Source: Minisyncoccota bacterium
GTDB taxonomy: Bacteria > Patescibacteriota > Minisyncoccia > Phycocordibacterales > UBA1550
DNA length: 64,000 bases
Assembly (NCBI GenBank): GCA_023229865.1
Contig: JALNYL010000006.1
Location: 5,597-69,596, forward strand
Direction of reading: 5' to 3'
Notes under the pieces: generated by a model
What the model saw: the letters and a program-made list of their open reading frames with translations, nothing else
The model's database searches: none
What the model was told of the DNA's origin: nothing
Shown here: piece by piece, positions 34,548-44,770 of the stretch
How positions within the stretch are numbered: the stretch's first letter is position 1
How the letters are laid out: every line of letters begins with the position of its first letter
Program-made: the position numbers and the translations under genes

Positions 34548-35147
34548 TTAGTCTTTTTTAATAAAGAGGGTTGGGTTGCCTCTTAGGACTTCGACGATGA
34601 GTACGAAGTATTCGAGGACAATAGGATCTTCTGCAATCTTGTGATGCTTACCTTCGTAAAGTTTTTCAAGACTTACGTCATTTGTTTGCCATGAACGACC
34701 CTCGTCGAGGAGGATGTTCATAATGGGGAGAAGCTTGTCGAGTGCGTAAATAAATTTACTCTCGGGGTCAGCCTTTTCATCGTAGGCACGTAGGGTTGAG
34801 ATAAGAGAAGGGAAGTCCGCGTATTTTTCTGCGAGGGTCTCGGTAGCTGCGCGCTCGAGGTCAGCCTTCTTCTGCTCCTCCTCCGCAGTGCGATGGAAAA
34901 ACATATCGCCTGCAAACACCTCTACGATGTCGTGGCAGAGTGCATATTGAATCGCTTTTTCTTTATTGAGGTCGAGTCCTTCTTTGTCGATGATGTACCA
35001 AGCGATAAATGCGAGTTGGAAACTATGCTCAGCGTCGTTTTCCATGCGGTCTTCGCCTGTTGCATAGATGCGACGGCGAATCTGCTGAAAACTATGAGTG
35101 AGTCCCACGACACTCATCAAACTCTCCAAATTGGACGTTTTTGTCAT
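34548..35147 (-). CDS. HD-domain phosphohydrolase (YfbR-like 5'-deoxynucleotidase)
   Basis: HSFQLAFIAWY...CHDIVEVFAGD HD motif. Confidence 0.75.
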   Translation of the reverse strand: MTKTSNLESLMSVVGLTHSFQQIRRRIYATGEDRMENDAEHSFQLAFIAWYIIDKEGLDLNKEKAIQYALCHDIVEVFAGDMFFHRTAEEEQKKADLERAATETLAEKYADFPSLISTLRAYDEKADPESKFIYALDKLLPIMNILLDEGRSWQTNDVSLEKLYEGKHHKIAEDPIVLEYFVLIVEVLRGNPTLFIKKD

Positions 35148-35462
35148 ACTCTGAAATCATAGCAAACTGGGACAGGGATGCCAATTAACCTTGGAATACA
35201 GCTTATTTCTCTGACTGTGTCAAAGTCTCTGGCGTTGCGTTTGGGTAATACTTGCAGTCTGCGTGAGGGAAGCAGTGACAACATCTTGCTTGAAATCCTT
35301 CTTGCTTGATGCGGTTATTGCAGGAGGTGTGAATGTTGTGAGGGAGAGCCTCTGGAGTTTTTTGTTCGTTGGTCATGTGTACAGTATATACCTTTTAAAA
35401 AAGAAATTAAGGGTCACAAAAAACAAAAGAGCGCCCTGGGTGGTGCGCTCTTTTGTTTTTTG

Positions 35463-35534
35463 TGACCCTACGGGGAATCGAACCCCGGTTACCGGCTTGA
35501 AAAGCCGATGTCCTAACCGTTAGACGATAGGGCC
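35463..35534 (-). tRNA. tRNA-Glu (anticodon TTC), CCA not encoded
   Basis: minus-strand GGCCCTATCGTCTAACGGTTAGGACATCGGCTTTTCAAGCCGG...GGGGTTCGATTCCCCGTAGGGTCA. Confidence 0.8.
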
Positions 35535-35620
35535 AAAACTGACTGGGGTAGTATATCAAATTTTGCCAAAAATGCAAAAAAATGCTACTTTATTAAGGCT
35601 CAATTGAAGCAGTTTCATCT

Positions 35621-35707
35621 GGAGATGTGGCTGAGCGGTTGAAGGCACCGCACTCGAAATGCGGCATATGGGAAACCGTATCGTGAGTTCAAATCTCACC
35701 ATCTCCG
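35621..35707 (+). tRNA. tRNA-Ser (anticodon CGA), long variable arm, CCA not encoded
   Basis: GGAGATGTGGCTGAGCGGTTGAAGGC...anticodon loop CTCGAAA...long variable arm...GTGAGTTCAAATCTCAC. Confidence 0.8.
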
Positions 35708-35757
35708 CTGTTTGAAAACAAAATAAACATTTCGCAGTTTTAAATAAATTGCAAAAT

Positions 35758-35831
35758 GGGCGATTAGCTCAGATGGTTAGAGTGCTACATTGACATTGTA
35801 GAGGTCGGAGGTTCGATTCCCCCATCGCCCA
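35758..35831 (+). tRNA. tRNA-Val (anticodon GAC), CCA not encoded
   Basis: GGGCGATTAGCTCAGATGGTTAGAGTGCTACATTGACATTGTAG...GGTTCGATTCCCCCATCGCCCA. Confidence 0.85.
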
Positions 35832-35840
35832 CAAAATCTT

Positions 35841-35878
35841 AAATCCCAAAATGAACATTTTGGGATTTCTTGATTTTG
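35841..35878 (+). terminator. terminator hairpin after tRNA-Val (AAATCCCAAAATG...CATTTTGGGATTT)
   Basis: seen in sequence. Confidence 0.55.
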
Positions 35879-36151
35879 TAAGTCGATGGGGGAATCGAAA
35901 GCGAGGGCGGGTACCCGTTCAGCAGAACGGGTCGCACGAGCAGGGTCGAGAAATTTTTACAAGCGACGGCGAGGAAAAATGTTCTTGACCGATTTTCGCC
36001 CAAGACGCGAATTTGCTAATTCGCCATCGCCCGCTGGTAAAAACATTAACACTCGCCTAGAGTGTTTTTTGTTTTGTGGGGGATGGCAGTTTTTTTGACT
36101 TCTTTTTCAAAAGTGCTAGCCTTAGAAAAGATAACCACTACGGGGGTTCAA

Positions 36152-36679
36152 ATGAAAAACTTAGTCCTTTTTATTGCCGCTTTTTCGATCGTCGCATTTT
36201 CTGGGGGAATCGAGCTTGCGCTCGCCTTTACGCTTGCGGTCGCCGCTATTGTCTACGTGATGTACACGAGGCTTACAGTAGACTTGTCGGAGTTTTACCG
36301 CAAGCTCCCGACGTCTTGGCAGGACATTTCAGAAACACTTGAGCTTGCAAACGACAGCAAGTTTTTTGAAGACGGTATTGATTCTGGCGCCATCTTTAGT
36401 TTTTACGAAATGCTTTCTGAGGAAACGGCACTCTTCGATCTTCGTGTTGATTTTGCCACGATGAATGTTTTTGAAAAAAAGTATGATGCGGCGCTTTTCA
36501 AATACCACACGGTTTCGCCGATGTTGCGTGCGAGTATCCATTACGGCATGTCGCTCGAGAAAAACCCCGAACGACTACCCGACATCGCGGGGGCACTGCT
36601 TATCCGCAAACGTCCTCAAGGACGCCTCATGAGAGTCAAGGATTTTCTTTTGTCCCTTACGAAGCCCGTGTTCAATTAA
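36152..36679 (+). CDS. membrane-anchored hypothetical protein (175 aa)
   Basis: ATG with GGGGG upstream; 2 N-terminal TM helices; terminator 36683-36712 follows. Confidence 0.45.
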   Translation: MKNLVLFIAAFSIVAFSGGIELALAFTLAVAAIVYVMYTRLTVDLSEFYRKLPTSWQDISETLELANDSKFFEDGIDSGAIFSFYEMLSEETALFDLRVDFATMNVFEKKYDAALFKYHTVSPMLRASIHYGMSLEKNPERLPDIAGALLIRKRPQGRLMRVKDFLLSLTKPVFN

Positions 36680-36682
36680 TCA

Positions 36683-36712
36683 ACAGCGTCGCCGCAAGGT
36701 GGCGCTGTTTTT
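36683..36712 (+). terminator. rho-independent terminator (CAGCGTCGCC-GCAA-GGTGGCGCTG + TTTTT)
   Basis: seen in sequence. Confidence 0.6.
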
Positions 36713-36746
36713 CCTTTATGATTTTTGTGCTAAACTCATTTTCGCA

Positions 36747-37505
36747 ATGATTAATTACGAGCTTGCCGAAAATACCGAGCGCATACTTAAGGAAAAGTAT
36801 AACGGCGTTGAGACGCCTGAGTTTTTTGCTGATATTGAAAGGCTAAAAGCAGGGGAGCCTGTTGCGTATATTCTCGGCTACGAGGATTTCTTGGGGGTGC
36901 GCGTCGACTTGTCGCATCGTCCCATGATCCCGCGCCCAGAGTCAGCACACTGGACACTACGCGCTATCGACGAGCTCAAGACGCGTGGAGATGAGCCTAT
37001 CCGTGTCATCGATCTCTTTTCTGGTTCGGGGAATATTGGCCTCGCACTTTTGAAGCATCTCTCGAATGCACAGGTTGAATTTTCTGAGCTTGATCCTGAT
37101 CTCAGTGAGCAGATCGCAAAAAGTATTCGTCTCAACAATCTCGATATGGCGCGTGCAAAAATTTTTGCAGGAGATGCGCTCGAAGGGATGGAGGGAAAGT
37201 ATGACGCAATCCTTGGTAATCCTCCCTATATCGCTCCTGAAGCAAAAGATGAGCTCGACCCCGAGATGTCATATGAACCATCACTTGCGTTCTTTGGTGA
37301 CAATCACGGCCTCTATCATCACAAGCTTGTCATCGATACCGCATGGGACTTTTTGAAAGACGGTGGCGTGGTGTATATGGAAGCGGATGAAGACCAACGA
37401 CCCCATATCGAGAAGATGCTCGAGGGCACGCCGTGGACGTATGAATTTTGGGAGGATCAGTACGGGCAAGTGAGATTCCCCGTACTTAGGAAAATAGTGA
37501 AGTAG
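36747..37505 (+). CDS. prmC: release-factor glutamine N5-methyltransferase PrmC/HemK
   Basis: GNPPYIAPEA (NPPY) motif, SAM-binding DLFSGSGNIGLAL; track start 36699 is GTG inside the terminator. Confidence 0.8.
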   Translation: MINYELAENTERILKEKYNGVETPEFFADIERLKAGEPVAYILGYEDFLGVRVDLSHRPMIPRPESAHWTLRAIDELKTRGDEPIRVIDLFSGSGNIGLALLKHLSNAQVEFSELDPDLSEQIAKSIRLNNLDMARAKIFAGDALEGMEGKYDAILGNPPYIAPEAKDELDPEMSYEPSLAFFGDNHGLYHHKLVIDTAWDFLKDGGVVYMEADEDQRPHIEKMLEGTPWTYEFWEDQYGQVRFPVLRKIVK

Positions 37506-37558
37506 CCAATTTAAAAAAACGCGCGACCATTTGGTCGCGCGTTTTTTTAAATTGGCTA
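37504..37558. terminator. long bidirectional palindrome/terminator (AGCCAATTTAAAAAAACGCGCGACCA-TTT-TGGTCGCGCGTTTTTTTAAATTGGCT)
   Basis: seen in sequence. Confidence 0.65.
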
Positions 37559-38485
37559 CTTTGAATGTAAATACTGGAAGATGTCTTCGAGTGCGCGCAC
37601 GGCATCACCTGCGGCGATGTTGTTTTGGTGATAGAGGACGTCGGTGCAGTCTCCTGCGGCCCAGATCCCTGGCACGCTCGTCTTTTGCGTGCGGGGGTCG
37701 GTGACGACATTTTTGCTCTCGTTCAAATCAACGACACCCTCGAGGAATCCTGTGTTGGGGAGCTGTCCAATTTCTATAAAGATACCACCAACAGAGAGTT
37801 CCTTTGTCTCTCCCGTTATTCTGTCGCGGATAACGATACCGTTTACAAATTGCTCGCCTTTTACTTCGAGTATTTCTACGTTTGTCGCTGCGCGCATGTT
37901 GGGGTGTGAAAGTACTTTCTCCACCGTGACGGCGTCGGCGCGATTGAACGAAGGGCTGCGATTGATGATGGTAACAGATTTTGCATACGAGAGGAGTTGG
38001 GCAGCTGTCTCAAAAGCAGCATTGCCTGCGCCGATGACCGCGAGATCTTGATCGGCAAACATTGGACCGTCGCATGATGCGCAGTAGGTGAGACCTTTGT
38101 GTTCGTATTTGTCAGCACCGAGGGCTTCGAGCTTGCGGCGATGACTTCCTGTTGATACCAGTATTGTGCGCGCGGTGTATGAGCCTTTCTCTGTGGTTAC
38201 GACAAAATTATCACCTTGTTTTTCGAGCTTCTGTACACGCTCTTCTTTCATCGTGAGCACATCAGCAGCGTATGCCTCAACGTGCGCCTTAAGTGAAGCA
38301 GCAAGCTGGGGCCCCGAGATGGCGATGGTGCCAATCCAGTTTTGGACCTCAGCTGAGTCTGTTGATTGTCCTGCGTAGACCTCAGCGAGCATGAGAGTCT
38401 TCACGCGTTTGCGCGCTGCGTATACTCCAGCAGCGGCTCCTGCGGGGCCACCACCAATAATAATAAGGTCGTAAATATCTTCCAT
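37556..38485 (-). CDS. trxB: thioredoxin-disulfide reductase
   Basis: FAD GGGPAG, redox CASCDG, NADPH GAGNAAFE motifs; coupled to ftsZ stop (TAAATG). Confidence 0.85.
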   Translation of the reverse strand: MEDIYDLIIIGGGPAGAAAGVYAARKRVKTLMLAEVYAGQSTDSAEVQNWIGTIAISGPQLAASLKAHVEAYAADVLTMKEERVQKLEKQGDNFVVTTEKGSYTARTILVSTGSHRRKLEALGADKYEHKGLTYCASCDGPMFADQDLAVIGAGNAAFETAAQLLSYAKSVTIINRSPSFNRADAVTVEKVLSHPNMRAATNVEILEVKGEQFVNGIVIRDRITGETKELSVGGIFIEIGQLPNTGFLEGVVDLNESKNVVTDPRTQKTSVPGIWAAGDCTDVLYHQNNIAAGDAVRALEDIFQYLHSK

Positions 38486-39688
38486 TTAGATTTTCTTAGG
38501 GCGACGAAGAAATGCAGGAACAGCGCTCCAGTCTTCAGCTTCTTCTGCGTCGAGGTCAATAATGGCAACAGGTTCTTTTTCGAGAATCTTTTTTGCGGGC
38601 TCGCGAGACTCTTCTTTTTTTGCAGGCTGCTCTACGAAACTATTGTTGATCTCTCCGCGCTTCTCGCGAGTTTCCTGACGCTCGATAGGCTGCTGCTTTG
38701 CGCCACCTGAAAAAAGATTGCGCTTCTCAACTCCTTCAGGGAAACCTGCGGCGATAACGGTAATCTTAATCTCATTCTTCTTGAGACGTTCATCGATGAT
38801 AGCACCAAAGATAACGCGAGCATCTGGATCGATAGCCTCGGTAATTATCTTTGCAGCTTCGTTGATCTCGTGCATGCGGAGATCTGCGCCACCAGCGATC
38901 GCAAAGAGAACTCCCTTTGCGCCAGAAATCGAGAGGTCGAGGAGGGGAGAGTTGATTGCGGCGAGTGCTGCTTCTTGTGCGCGATTTTCGCCTGTCGATG
39001 AGCCAATACCAAGGAGTGCTGAGCCTGCATTTGAAAGGACTGAACGAATATCAGCAAAGTCTACATTGATGATGCCTGGCGTGGTAATGAGGTCAGAGAT
39101 ACCCTCAACCGCCTGGCGGAGAACCTCGTCACTCATGGTGAATGCTGACTTGAACGTAGTATCCTTGTCGGCAACGCTCATGATGCGGTCGTTAGGAACA
39201 ACAATAAGTGCGTCGACATTTTTGCGGAGCTCCTCAAGTCCTTGCTCTGCGATGCGACCACGGTGTGAACCTTCAAACGTAAAGGGACGTGTCACGACAC
39301 CAATCGTGAGTGCGCCTTGCTCTTTTGCGATAGCTGCAACAACGGGAGCAGCACCAGTACCTGTGCCACCACCCATGCCACCTGAGATGAAGACCATGTC
39401 AGAGCCTTTGATGACACCCTGAATCTCTTCCTTTGTTTCTTCTGCAGCCTTGCGACCAATCTCTGGGTTCATGCCCGTACCAAGTCCACGCGTAAGATTC
39501 TTGCCGATGTGAATTTTTTTCTGCGCGAGTGAATGATGCAAATCTTGTGCATCAGTGTTCATCACAATAAATTCAACTCCTTTGATTTTTGAGTTGACCA
39601 TGTGGTTGACCGCGTTCTTTCCTGATCCACCAACACCGATAACTTTAATACGTGCGAATGCTTCTACTTCTGGTTGTACTTTTGGCAT
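38486..39688 (-). CDS. ftsZ: cell division GTPase FtsZ
   Basis: [23 protein letters not shown] tubulin signature. Confidence 0.95.
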   Translation of the reverse strand: MPKVQPEVEAFARIKVIGVGGSGKNAVNHMVNSKIKGVEFIVMNTDAQDLHHSLAQKKIHIGKNLTRGLGTGMNPEIGRKAAEETKEEIQGVIKGSDMVFISGGMGGGTGTGAAPVVAAIAKEQGALTIGVVTRPFTFEGSHRGRIAEQGLEELRKNVDALIVVPNDRIMSVADKDTTFKSAFTMSDEVLRQAVEGISDLITTPGIINVDFADIRSVLSNAGSALLGIGSSTGENRAQEAALAAINSPLLDLSISGAKGVLFAIAGGADLRMHEINEAAKIITEAIDPDARVIFGAIIDERLKKNEIKITVIAAGFPEGVEKRNLFSGGAKQQPIERQETREKRGEINNSFVEQPAKKEESREPAKKILEKEPVAIIDLDAEEAEDWSAVPAFLRRPKKI

Positions 39689-39864
39689 GACTGATTGTCT
39701 GATTTATTATTGCTAATTACTAGTAGAATACCAAGAAGCAAGACAATTGACAACTGACACCGCTTCGCGGACATTTGACAGAAAACGTCCATTTGCCTTT
39801 GGTAGATGGACGTTTTGTTGGATCCAAGTCAAATGTCACAGGTTAATTGTTAAATGTTTTTATT

Positions 39865-41028
39865 TTATGGCAAAAACGGTTTTACCCAGCTCTTGAGCGT
39901 CTCCCAGAGATCACCAAAACCAGTATCCATACCCTCTGATGGCTTCTGGAGGGCGTATACAGCGAGTCCGTAGGCCACGAGCCATGACGAGTCTTTTACC
40001 GGGTGCTTGCCTCCGTTTGCGACGGCAGTGCTTGCGATAGCAGAAGGAAGCTTGAGGACGGCCTTTGCGAGGTCGGCGATGGTCGCGATACCCACACCAC
40101 CTCCGGTAAGAATGACTCCCGCAGGAAGGAGTCCGCTACGCCCAATTTTTTTCAAATGCGCATCGATGAGTTCAAAGATGTCATACAAACGTGCCTCAAT
40201 AATTTCTTCGAGTTTCTTTTTTGAATAAATTCCTTCGGGTCCGCCAACTTTAATTTTTTCTGCTTCTTGAAGAGGGATCTTGAGACCGAGCGCGATGTCG
40301 TTGGTAATATCTGTCGAACCAATCGGGAAGATTTGTAATGAAATAGGAATGTCGTTTTCAAAGACGGCGATAGATACGGTTTCTGCCCCGATGTTTACGA
40401 GGGCACAACCAACAGAGCGTTGCTTCTTATTGAGGGCGACTTGCCCCGCAGCAATAGGCGAAGGGAGGACTTCATCGACTTCCACACCGAGTTCTTCAAT
40501 GGTCCTAATGATGTCGTTGAGATGTTGCTCAAGGCAAGTGACGAACAACATTTTTACATCAAGCTTTGAGCCAGTCATTCCCAAAGGATTTCCAAGTACT
40601 TCTTTGTTGTCGAGTTTGTAGCGAAGAGCGGTGCGATAAATGATGCGCTTGTTAGTAAGGTGAGTGAGATTATCCTCTGCTTCAGTTTCTGCTTTTCTGA
40701 TGTCGAGCTCGCTTACTTCTCCTGATGCGCGTGAGATGATTGCGGTGCCATGTGAGATGGTTGATTCAAGTCCGATACCACCAACAGAGAGGATGGCATT
40801 TTTGACTTTGAACCCTGCCATTTTTTCTGCGGCAGCAATTGCGGTGCTGGTACTACGAATCGCCTCGGATTTGTTGATGATGTACCCGTGGCGCAATCCG
40901 CGCGTCTCGGCGACACCCGTTCCGATAATGACAGGAGCCTCGCCTTGAGTGTGTTCAACGATAACAACGCGTGTGGCGTGCGTGCCGACATCAATACCTG
41001 TTGCTATGCGTTTCGTGCGAGGATTCAT
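39865..41028 (-). CDS. ftsA: cell division protein FtsA (actin-like ATPase)
   Basis: N-terminal IATGIDVGTHATRVVIVE actin fold; position upstream of ftsZ. Confidence 0.9.
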   Translation of the reverse strand: MNPRTKRIATGIDVGTHATRVVIVEHTQGEAPVIIGTGVAETRGLRHGYIINKSEAIRSTSTAIAAAEKMAGFKVKNAILSVGGIGLESTISHGTAIISRASGEVSELDIRKAETEAEDNLTHLTNKRIIYRTALRYKLDNKEVLGNPLGMTGSKLDVKMLFVTCLEQHLNDIIRTIEELGVEVDEVLPSPIAAGQVALNKKQRSVGCALVNIGAETVSIAVFENDIPISLQIFPIGSTDITNDIALGLKIPLQEAEKIKVGGPEGIYSKKKLEEIIEARLYDIFELIDAHLKKIGRSGLLPAGVILTGGGVGIATIADLAKAVLKLPSAIASTAVANGGKHPVKDSSWLVAYGLAVYALQKPSEGMDTGFGDLWETLKSWVKPFLP

Positions 41029-41152
41029 AATAATGTTAAAGGTGCCCCTATTGTACCAAAAAAATCTTTAGTATCAAACCTTTTTAAGCACTACGACCGC
41101 TTTTGTCGTGGAGACAAAAGCGGTCGTAGTGAAGCACGAACACTCGTTGGTG

Positions 41153-41530
41153 TTAAATTTTGAACATTGCACGGATTTTCTTTTCCGCGTTTTCCATCTT
41201 GGTGCCATGGTCGAGACCTTTGAGATGAAGGAGTCCGTGTATAAAAAGGAAGCCGACGAAGTTTGTGTATGAGCGATCAAAGAGAGGTGCCTCGGTCCGA
41301 GCTTTCGCAAGGTCGATAAAAATTTCTCCTTCGTCATCGCTCAAAGGGAACGAAAGAATGTTGGTCGAATTGTCCTTCTCGCGATAAGCGAGATTGAGCT
41401 CGCGAGATTTTTTGGGGCTCACGATGACAAGCGAACACTCGTACTCTTTACCAAGTACGGCTTCGGTCATTTTAGCAAAAGGCAAGCGGGGAAGCTTGCC
41501 TTTTGTGGTGTTGGTTATCGATAGCGACAT
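41153..41530 (-). CDS. ybeY: rRNA maturation endoribonuclease YbeY
   Basis: HGLLHLKGLDH zinc-binding HxxxHxxxxxH motif. Confidence 0.85.
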   Translation of the reverse strand: MSLSITNTTKGKLPRLPFAKMTEAVLGKEYECSLVIVSPKKSRELNLAYREKDNSTNILSFPLSDDEGEIFIDLAKARTEAPLFDRSYTNFVGFLFIHGLLHLKGLDHGTKMENAEKKIRAMFKI

Positions 41531-41551
41531 TTGAGGGGGAACAAAGGTGAA

Positions 41552-41809
41552 TTAACGACGCTTTGTTTTCTTCTCAGGGAGCTTGCCGAGCTTTTCGAGG
41601 AGCTCGTACTCCTTGCGCATACCGAGAACAACGAGCGCATCCTTCTTCATTCTTGCCTGATTAGGCTTGCGCTGACTGTAGCGGATTGAACGAACACGAG
41701 GGATAATCCCTGAACCCTGAACGCGCTTGGTAAAGCGACGAATAAGGCTGATTGCGTTTTCGTTTGGGTTCTTCTTAACTTCTGCGTTTACGGTTGACAT
41801 GTGGGCCAT
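41552..41809 (-). CDS. rpsU: probable 30S ribosomal protein S21
   Basis: LIRRFTKRVQGSGIIPRVRSIRYSQRKPNQARMKK resembles S21 consensus (RRF.R....G...E.R.R..Y.KP...RK); start among ATGs 41809/41800. Confidence 0.5.
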   Translation of the reverse strand: MAHMSTVNAEVKKNPNENAISLIRRFTKRVQGSGIIPRVRSIRYSQRKPNQARMKKDALVVLGMRKEYELLEKLGKLPEKKTKRR

Positions 41810-41883
41810 TCTAGCACAAACAGTTTTGCGACGCAAGCCTCTCTTGTCGGCTTTTAAACCTTATTTCTAAAGGGTTTTTTAAA

Positions 41884-43209
41884 CTATCGCAACTCGTCTT
41901 TTAAATGTTTTACAAAGTCGGGGAGGTCGGCGAGCTTCACGGTCTCTTGAGAGCGGGTTTCCATATTGCGGGCGATGATGGTGTTGTCGAGGGCTTCTTT
42001 CTGTCCAAAGATGATGGTGTACGGTGCGCCACTTCGCTCTGCGATAGCGAGCTGCTGTCCGAGTCCGTCTTTTGAGAGTGATTGTGCGATAGGGATGTGT
42101 GCCTTGCGAAGTGTCTCGATAATACCAAAGCTCTTAAGCTTAGCTTCGTTGCCGAGCTGAATGAAATATACTTTTGGCTTTTTCAAAATGCGCGGATTGA
42201 GCGGCTTGTGCGAAGGAGACATGATCACACGGTCAACACCGATACCACCTCCGACAGCGGGCACATCTTTTTTGCTACCGAGTGCGCGCGCGAGGAGATC
42301 GTAACGTCCACCAGAAGCAACCGTCATTGGTTCATTCATTCCTTCTGCGTTTACATAATCGAGGTCGATGATTTCAAACACGGTTCGTGTGTAGTAGTCG
42401 AGTCCGCGCACAAGGTTATTGTTGATACGATAAGGAATACCCATCTCTTCGAGATACTCAATAACTTCTTTGAAGTGATGACGGCAGTCGTTGCAGAGTG
42501 CCTCAATAGGTGTCGGACTGCCTGCTTTCAAATCTTGGCAACGCTTGTCTTTGCAGTCGAGAAGACGAAGAGGATTTGTCTTTAAACGCTCTTTACAGTG
42601 AGGGCAGAGCTCCTCAACGTGTTTCTTGTAGTAATTGGTAAGGTCTTTGATATAACCGCTGCGACATTCTTTGTCGCCGATACTGTTGACCTCTACGGAA
42701 ATATTTTTTATACCCGCTTCTTCGAGTGAAAGCGTCATTGTGCGGATGATGAGTGCGTCCGCAATACTCTTTGGTGTGCCGAGGATTTCAAAACCAAACT
42801 GACGAAACTCGCGCAAGCGTCCACGCTGAGGATTCTCGTGGCGGAAAAACGGTCCGTAGTAGTAGAGCATTACTGGCTGTGGAAGTGCCTGCATGCCTTG
42901 TTCGATGTATGCGCGCATTACGGCCGCAGTACCCTCGGGGCGCATCGCGAGATGGTCGCCACCTTTGGTCTTGAGGCTATACATTTCCTTGTCGCGGATG
43001 TCGGTACCTACGCCGAGGCTTGAGGTGAATACTGCTTCGCGTTCGAGAATAGGCGTCTCGATAGGGCGGAACCCGTAATACGTAGCAACCTCAGCTGCTT
43101 TTTCGAAAAACCCTTGATATGCATAGTACTCACTATCCTGAATATCGCGCATCCCTTTAGGGCTCGCAATATCTTCCGCACTTATTTTTTTTGGTTTTTC
43201 TGTACTCAT
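41884..43209 (-). CDS. hisS: histidine--tRNA ligase
   Basis: class II motifs: GMRDI, HLAMRPEGTA, YYYGPFFRHENPQRGRLREFRQFGFE. Confidence 0.9.
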   Translation of the reverse strand: MSTEKPKKISAEDIASPKGMRDIQDSEYYAYQGFFEKAAEVATYYGFRPIETPILEREAVFTSSLGVGTDIRDKEMYSLKTKGGDHLAMRPEGTAAVMRAYIEQGMQALPQPVMLYYYGPFFRHENPQRGRLREFRQFGFEILGTPKSIADALIIRTMTLSLEEAGIKNISVEVNSIGDKECRSGYIKDLTNYYKKHVEELCPHCKERLKTNPLRLLDCKDKRCQDLKAGSPTPIEALCNDCRHHFKEVIEYLEEMGIPYRINNNLVRGLDYYTRTVFEIIDLDYVNAEGMNEPMTVASGGRYDLLARALGSKKDVPAVGGGIGVDRVIMSPSHKPLNPRILKKPKVYFIQLGNEAKLKSFGIIETLRKAHIPIAQSLSKDGLGQQLAIAERSGAPYTIIFGQKEALDNTIIARNMETRSQETVKLADLPDFVKHLKDELR

Positions 43210-43220
43210 AATATTATTAA

Positions 43221-43814
43221 TTATTGCCTATATTCTCCCGGGAGAAAATCAATGGCGGTCACCGGGAAGAGGCGTAAAAATGCTCTTCCTACAATGAGGT
43301 CACGATCGACAGGTCCCCACGCACGAGAGTCGAAGCTCCCTGCGCGATTGTCGCCCATCATAAAATATTCTCCTTCGCCAAGAGTGCGCTCTACGGTGTC
43401 GTTTTTTGTGTAAGTTACGTAGGGCTCATCAAGGGTGAGGATGGTATCTCCATTTTTGTTTTTTATAGATACCTTCCCTTCGATGTCAGTGACGGTTTCT
43501 CCAGGGAGTCCGATGACGCGCTTGATAAAATACTGCTTGGGGTTTTTGGGATATTTAAAAATCACAACATCGCCACGTACGGGGTCACCGAGGTGATAGG
43601 AGAGTTCGTCAACGATGAGATACTGCTTGTCTTGGAAGGTAGGATCCATTGATGCGCCTGATACAATGAACGGTTGCGCGATAAACATACGGACAGGGAT
43701 GACAATAAGAAGTGCTACGCAAAGAAAACGAAATGTCTCCCACGCCTCTTCGCGGAATGAATGATTTTTTTCTGGATTAGCAACGGGAGTAGGTGTTGTG
43801 AAATCTTCGTTCAT
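43221..43814 (-). CDS. lepB: signal peptidase I
   Basis: GASMDPTF (Ser box), VVIFKYP, GDNRAGSFDSRAWG boxes. Confidence 0.9.
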   Translation of the reverse strand: MNEDFTTPTPVANPEKNHSFREEAWETFRFLCVALLIVIPVRMFIAQPFIVSGASMDPTFQDKQYLIVDELSYHLGDPVRGDVVIFKYPKNPKQYFIKRVIGLPGETVTDIEGKVSIKNKNGDTILTLDEPYVTYTKNDTVERTLGEGEYFMMGDNRAGSFDSRAWGPVDRDLIVGRAFLRLFPVTAIDFLPGEYRQ

Positions 43815-43880
43815 GTGTTGTCAATATATTAAAACACAAGAGGACTTGCTGCAAAGCCTGAATGCGTGGTGTAATTAAAT

Positions 43881-44729
43881 TTATTTGAAAGCGGAAAGAG
43901 ATTCTTTGATTGCCAAAAATACTTTGTCACCGCGGAGCTCTCCGATGTCGATGGGACCTTGCTTGCGAATGATGTCTTCAAGGATTTGAATATCTTTTTC
44001 GTAAATAGGAACAAGGTGTGGACGCTTTGTTTTGTCCGCATAGTTTTTGAAAGTATAAAGCTGAAGAAGTATTTCAGAAAGGAGCAGTCGTCTGATGGGG
44101 TGTTCATCGAGTGTTGTTGCAAGTTCTGGGTGTTCGTTTTTGTCCATCCAAAGATTTGCGAGTTTAACAACGGTGTCTTTTTCTACCCCCATAACAACCT
44201 GAGGAACATGAGAAATTTCGCCTTTTAATGTTGAGCGACTTGAACGGAAATAATTAATCTTACCAAGGTCGCCACTGTCGATATTTTCTTTAATCTTTGC
44301 AAATTTATCAGCTTCTGTGGTTGTCCCAAAAGTAACATCAACAGAAAGAGAAAGGTGAGTAAGTGCGCGTGCGGTGTCTTCGATTTCCAAAATCAAATCG
44401 CTGCCGTTTATATAGTCATCAAAAGTAGAAGTTTTAATTGCGTGAGTTTGCTCGCCGAACCATTTTCCGTTTCCGCACTGGTCAAAGATGACCGCTTCGA
44501 GGACGTCAGAGTATTCCTTGTGCGCCTCGTGGCTAAATCGTGCTTCCTTTTTTGCAACCATTGAGCGATGGAGGGCGAGTTTCTTCTCGTCGTAAAAACC
44601 ATCAAACTCGTCGATACTAATCGCGTTTTCCTTGAGAGTTTTGATTGCTTGTGGATATGCTCGTTCAATAACGGGATTTGTCTGCTCCTTTTTGTTTTCT
44701 GGAGCTCTGTTGAAGAAGTCTAATTGCAT
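43881..44729 (-). CDS. hypothetical protein (282 aa)
   Basis: ATG at 44729 (MQLDFFN...), upstream part of track ORF unlikely translated; no recognised motif. Confidence 0.45.
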   Translation of the reverse strand: MQLDFFNRAPENKKEQTNPVIERAYPQAIKTLKENAISIDEFDGFYDEKKLALHRSMVAKKEARFSHEAHKEYSDVLEAVIFDQCGNGKWFGEQTHAIKTSTFDDYINGSDLILEIEDTARALTHLSLSVDVTFGTTTEADKFAKIKENIDSGDLGKINYFRSSRSTLKGEISHVPQVVMGVEKDTVVKLANLWMDKNEHPELATTLDEHPIRRLLLSEILLQLYTFKNYADKTKRPHLVPIYEKDIQILEDIIRKQGPIDIGELRGDKVFLAIKESLSAFK

Positions 44730-44770
44730 GGTGTTTGTTCTTATTGTGGTTTCATTGTACCATATCATGT

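Noticed and set aside
37556-38485. trxB redox motif reads CASCDG rather than canonical CATCDG/CAVCDG
   Set aside because: Conservative variation within the family; FAD and NADPH motifs intact. Not considered a pseudogene or anomaly.
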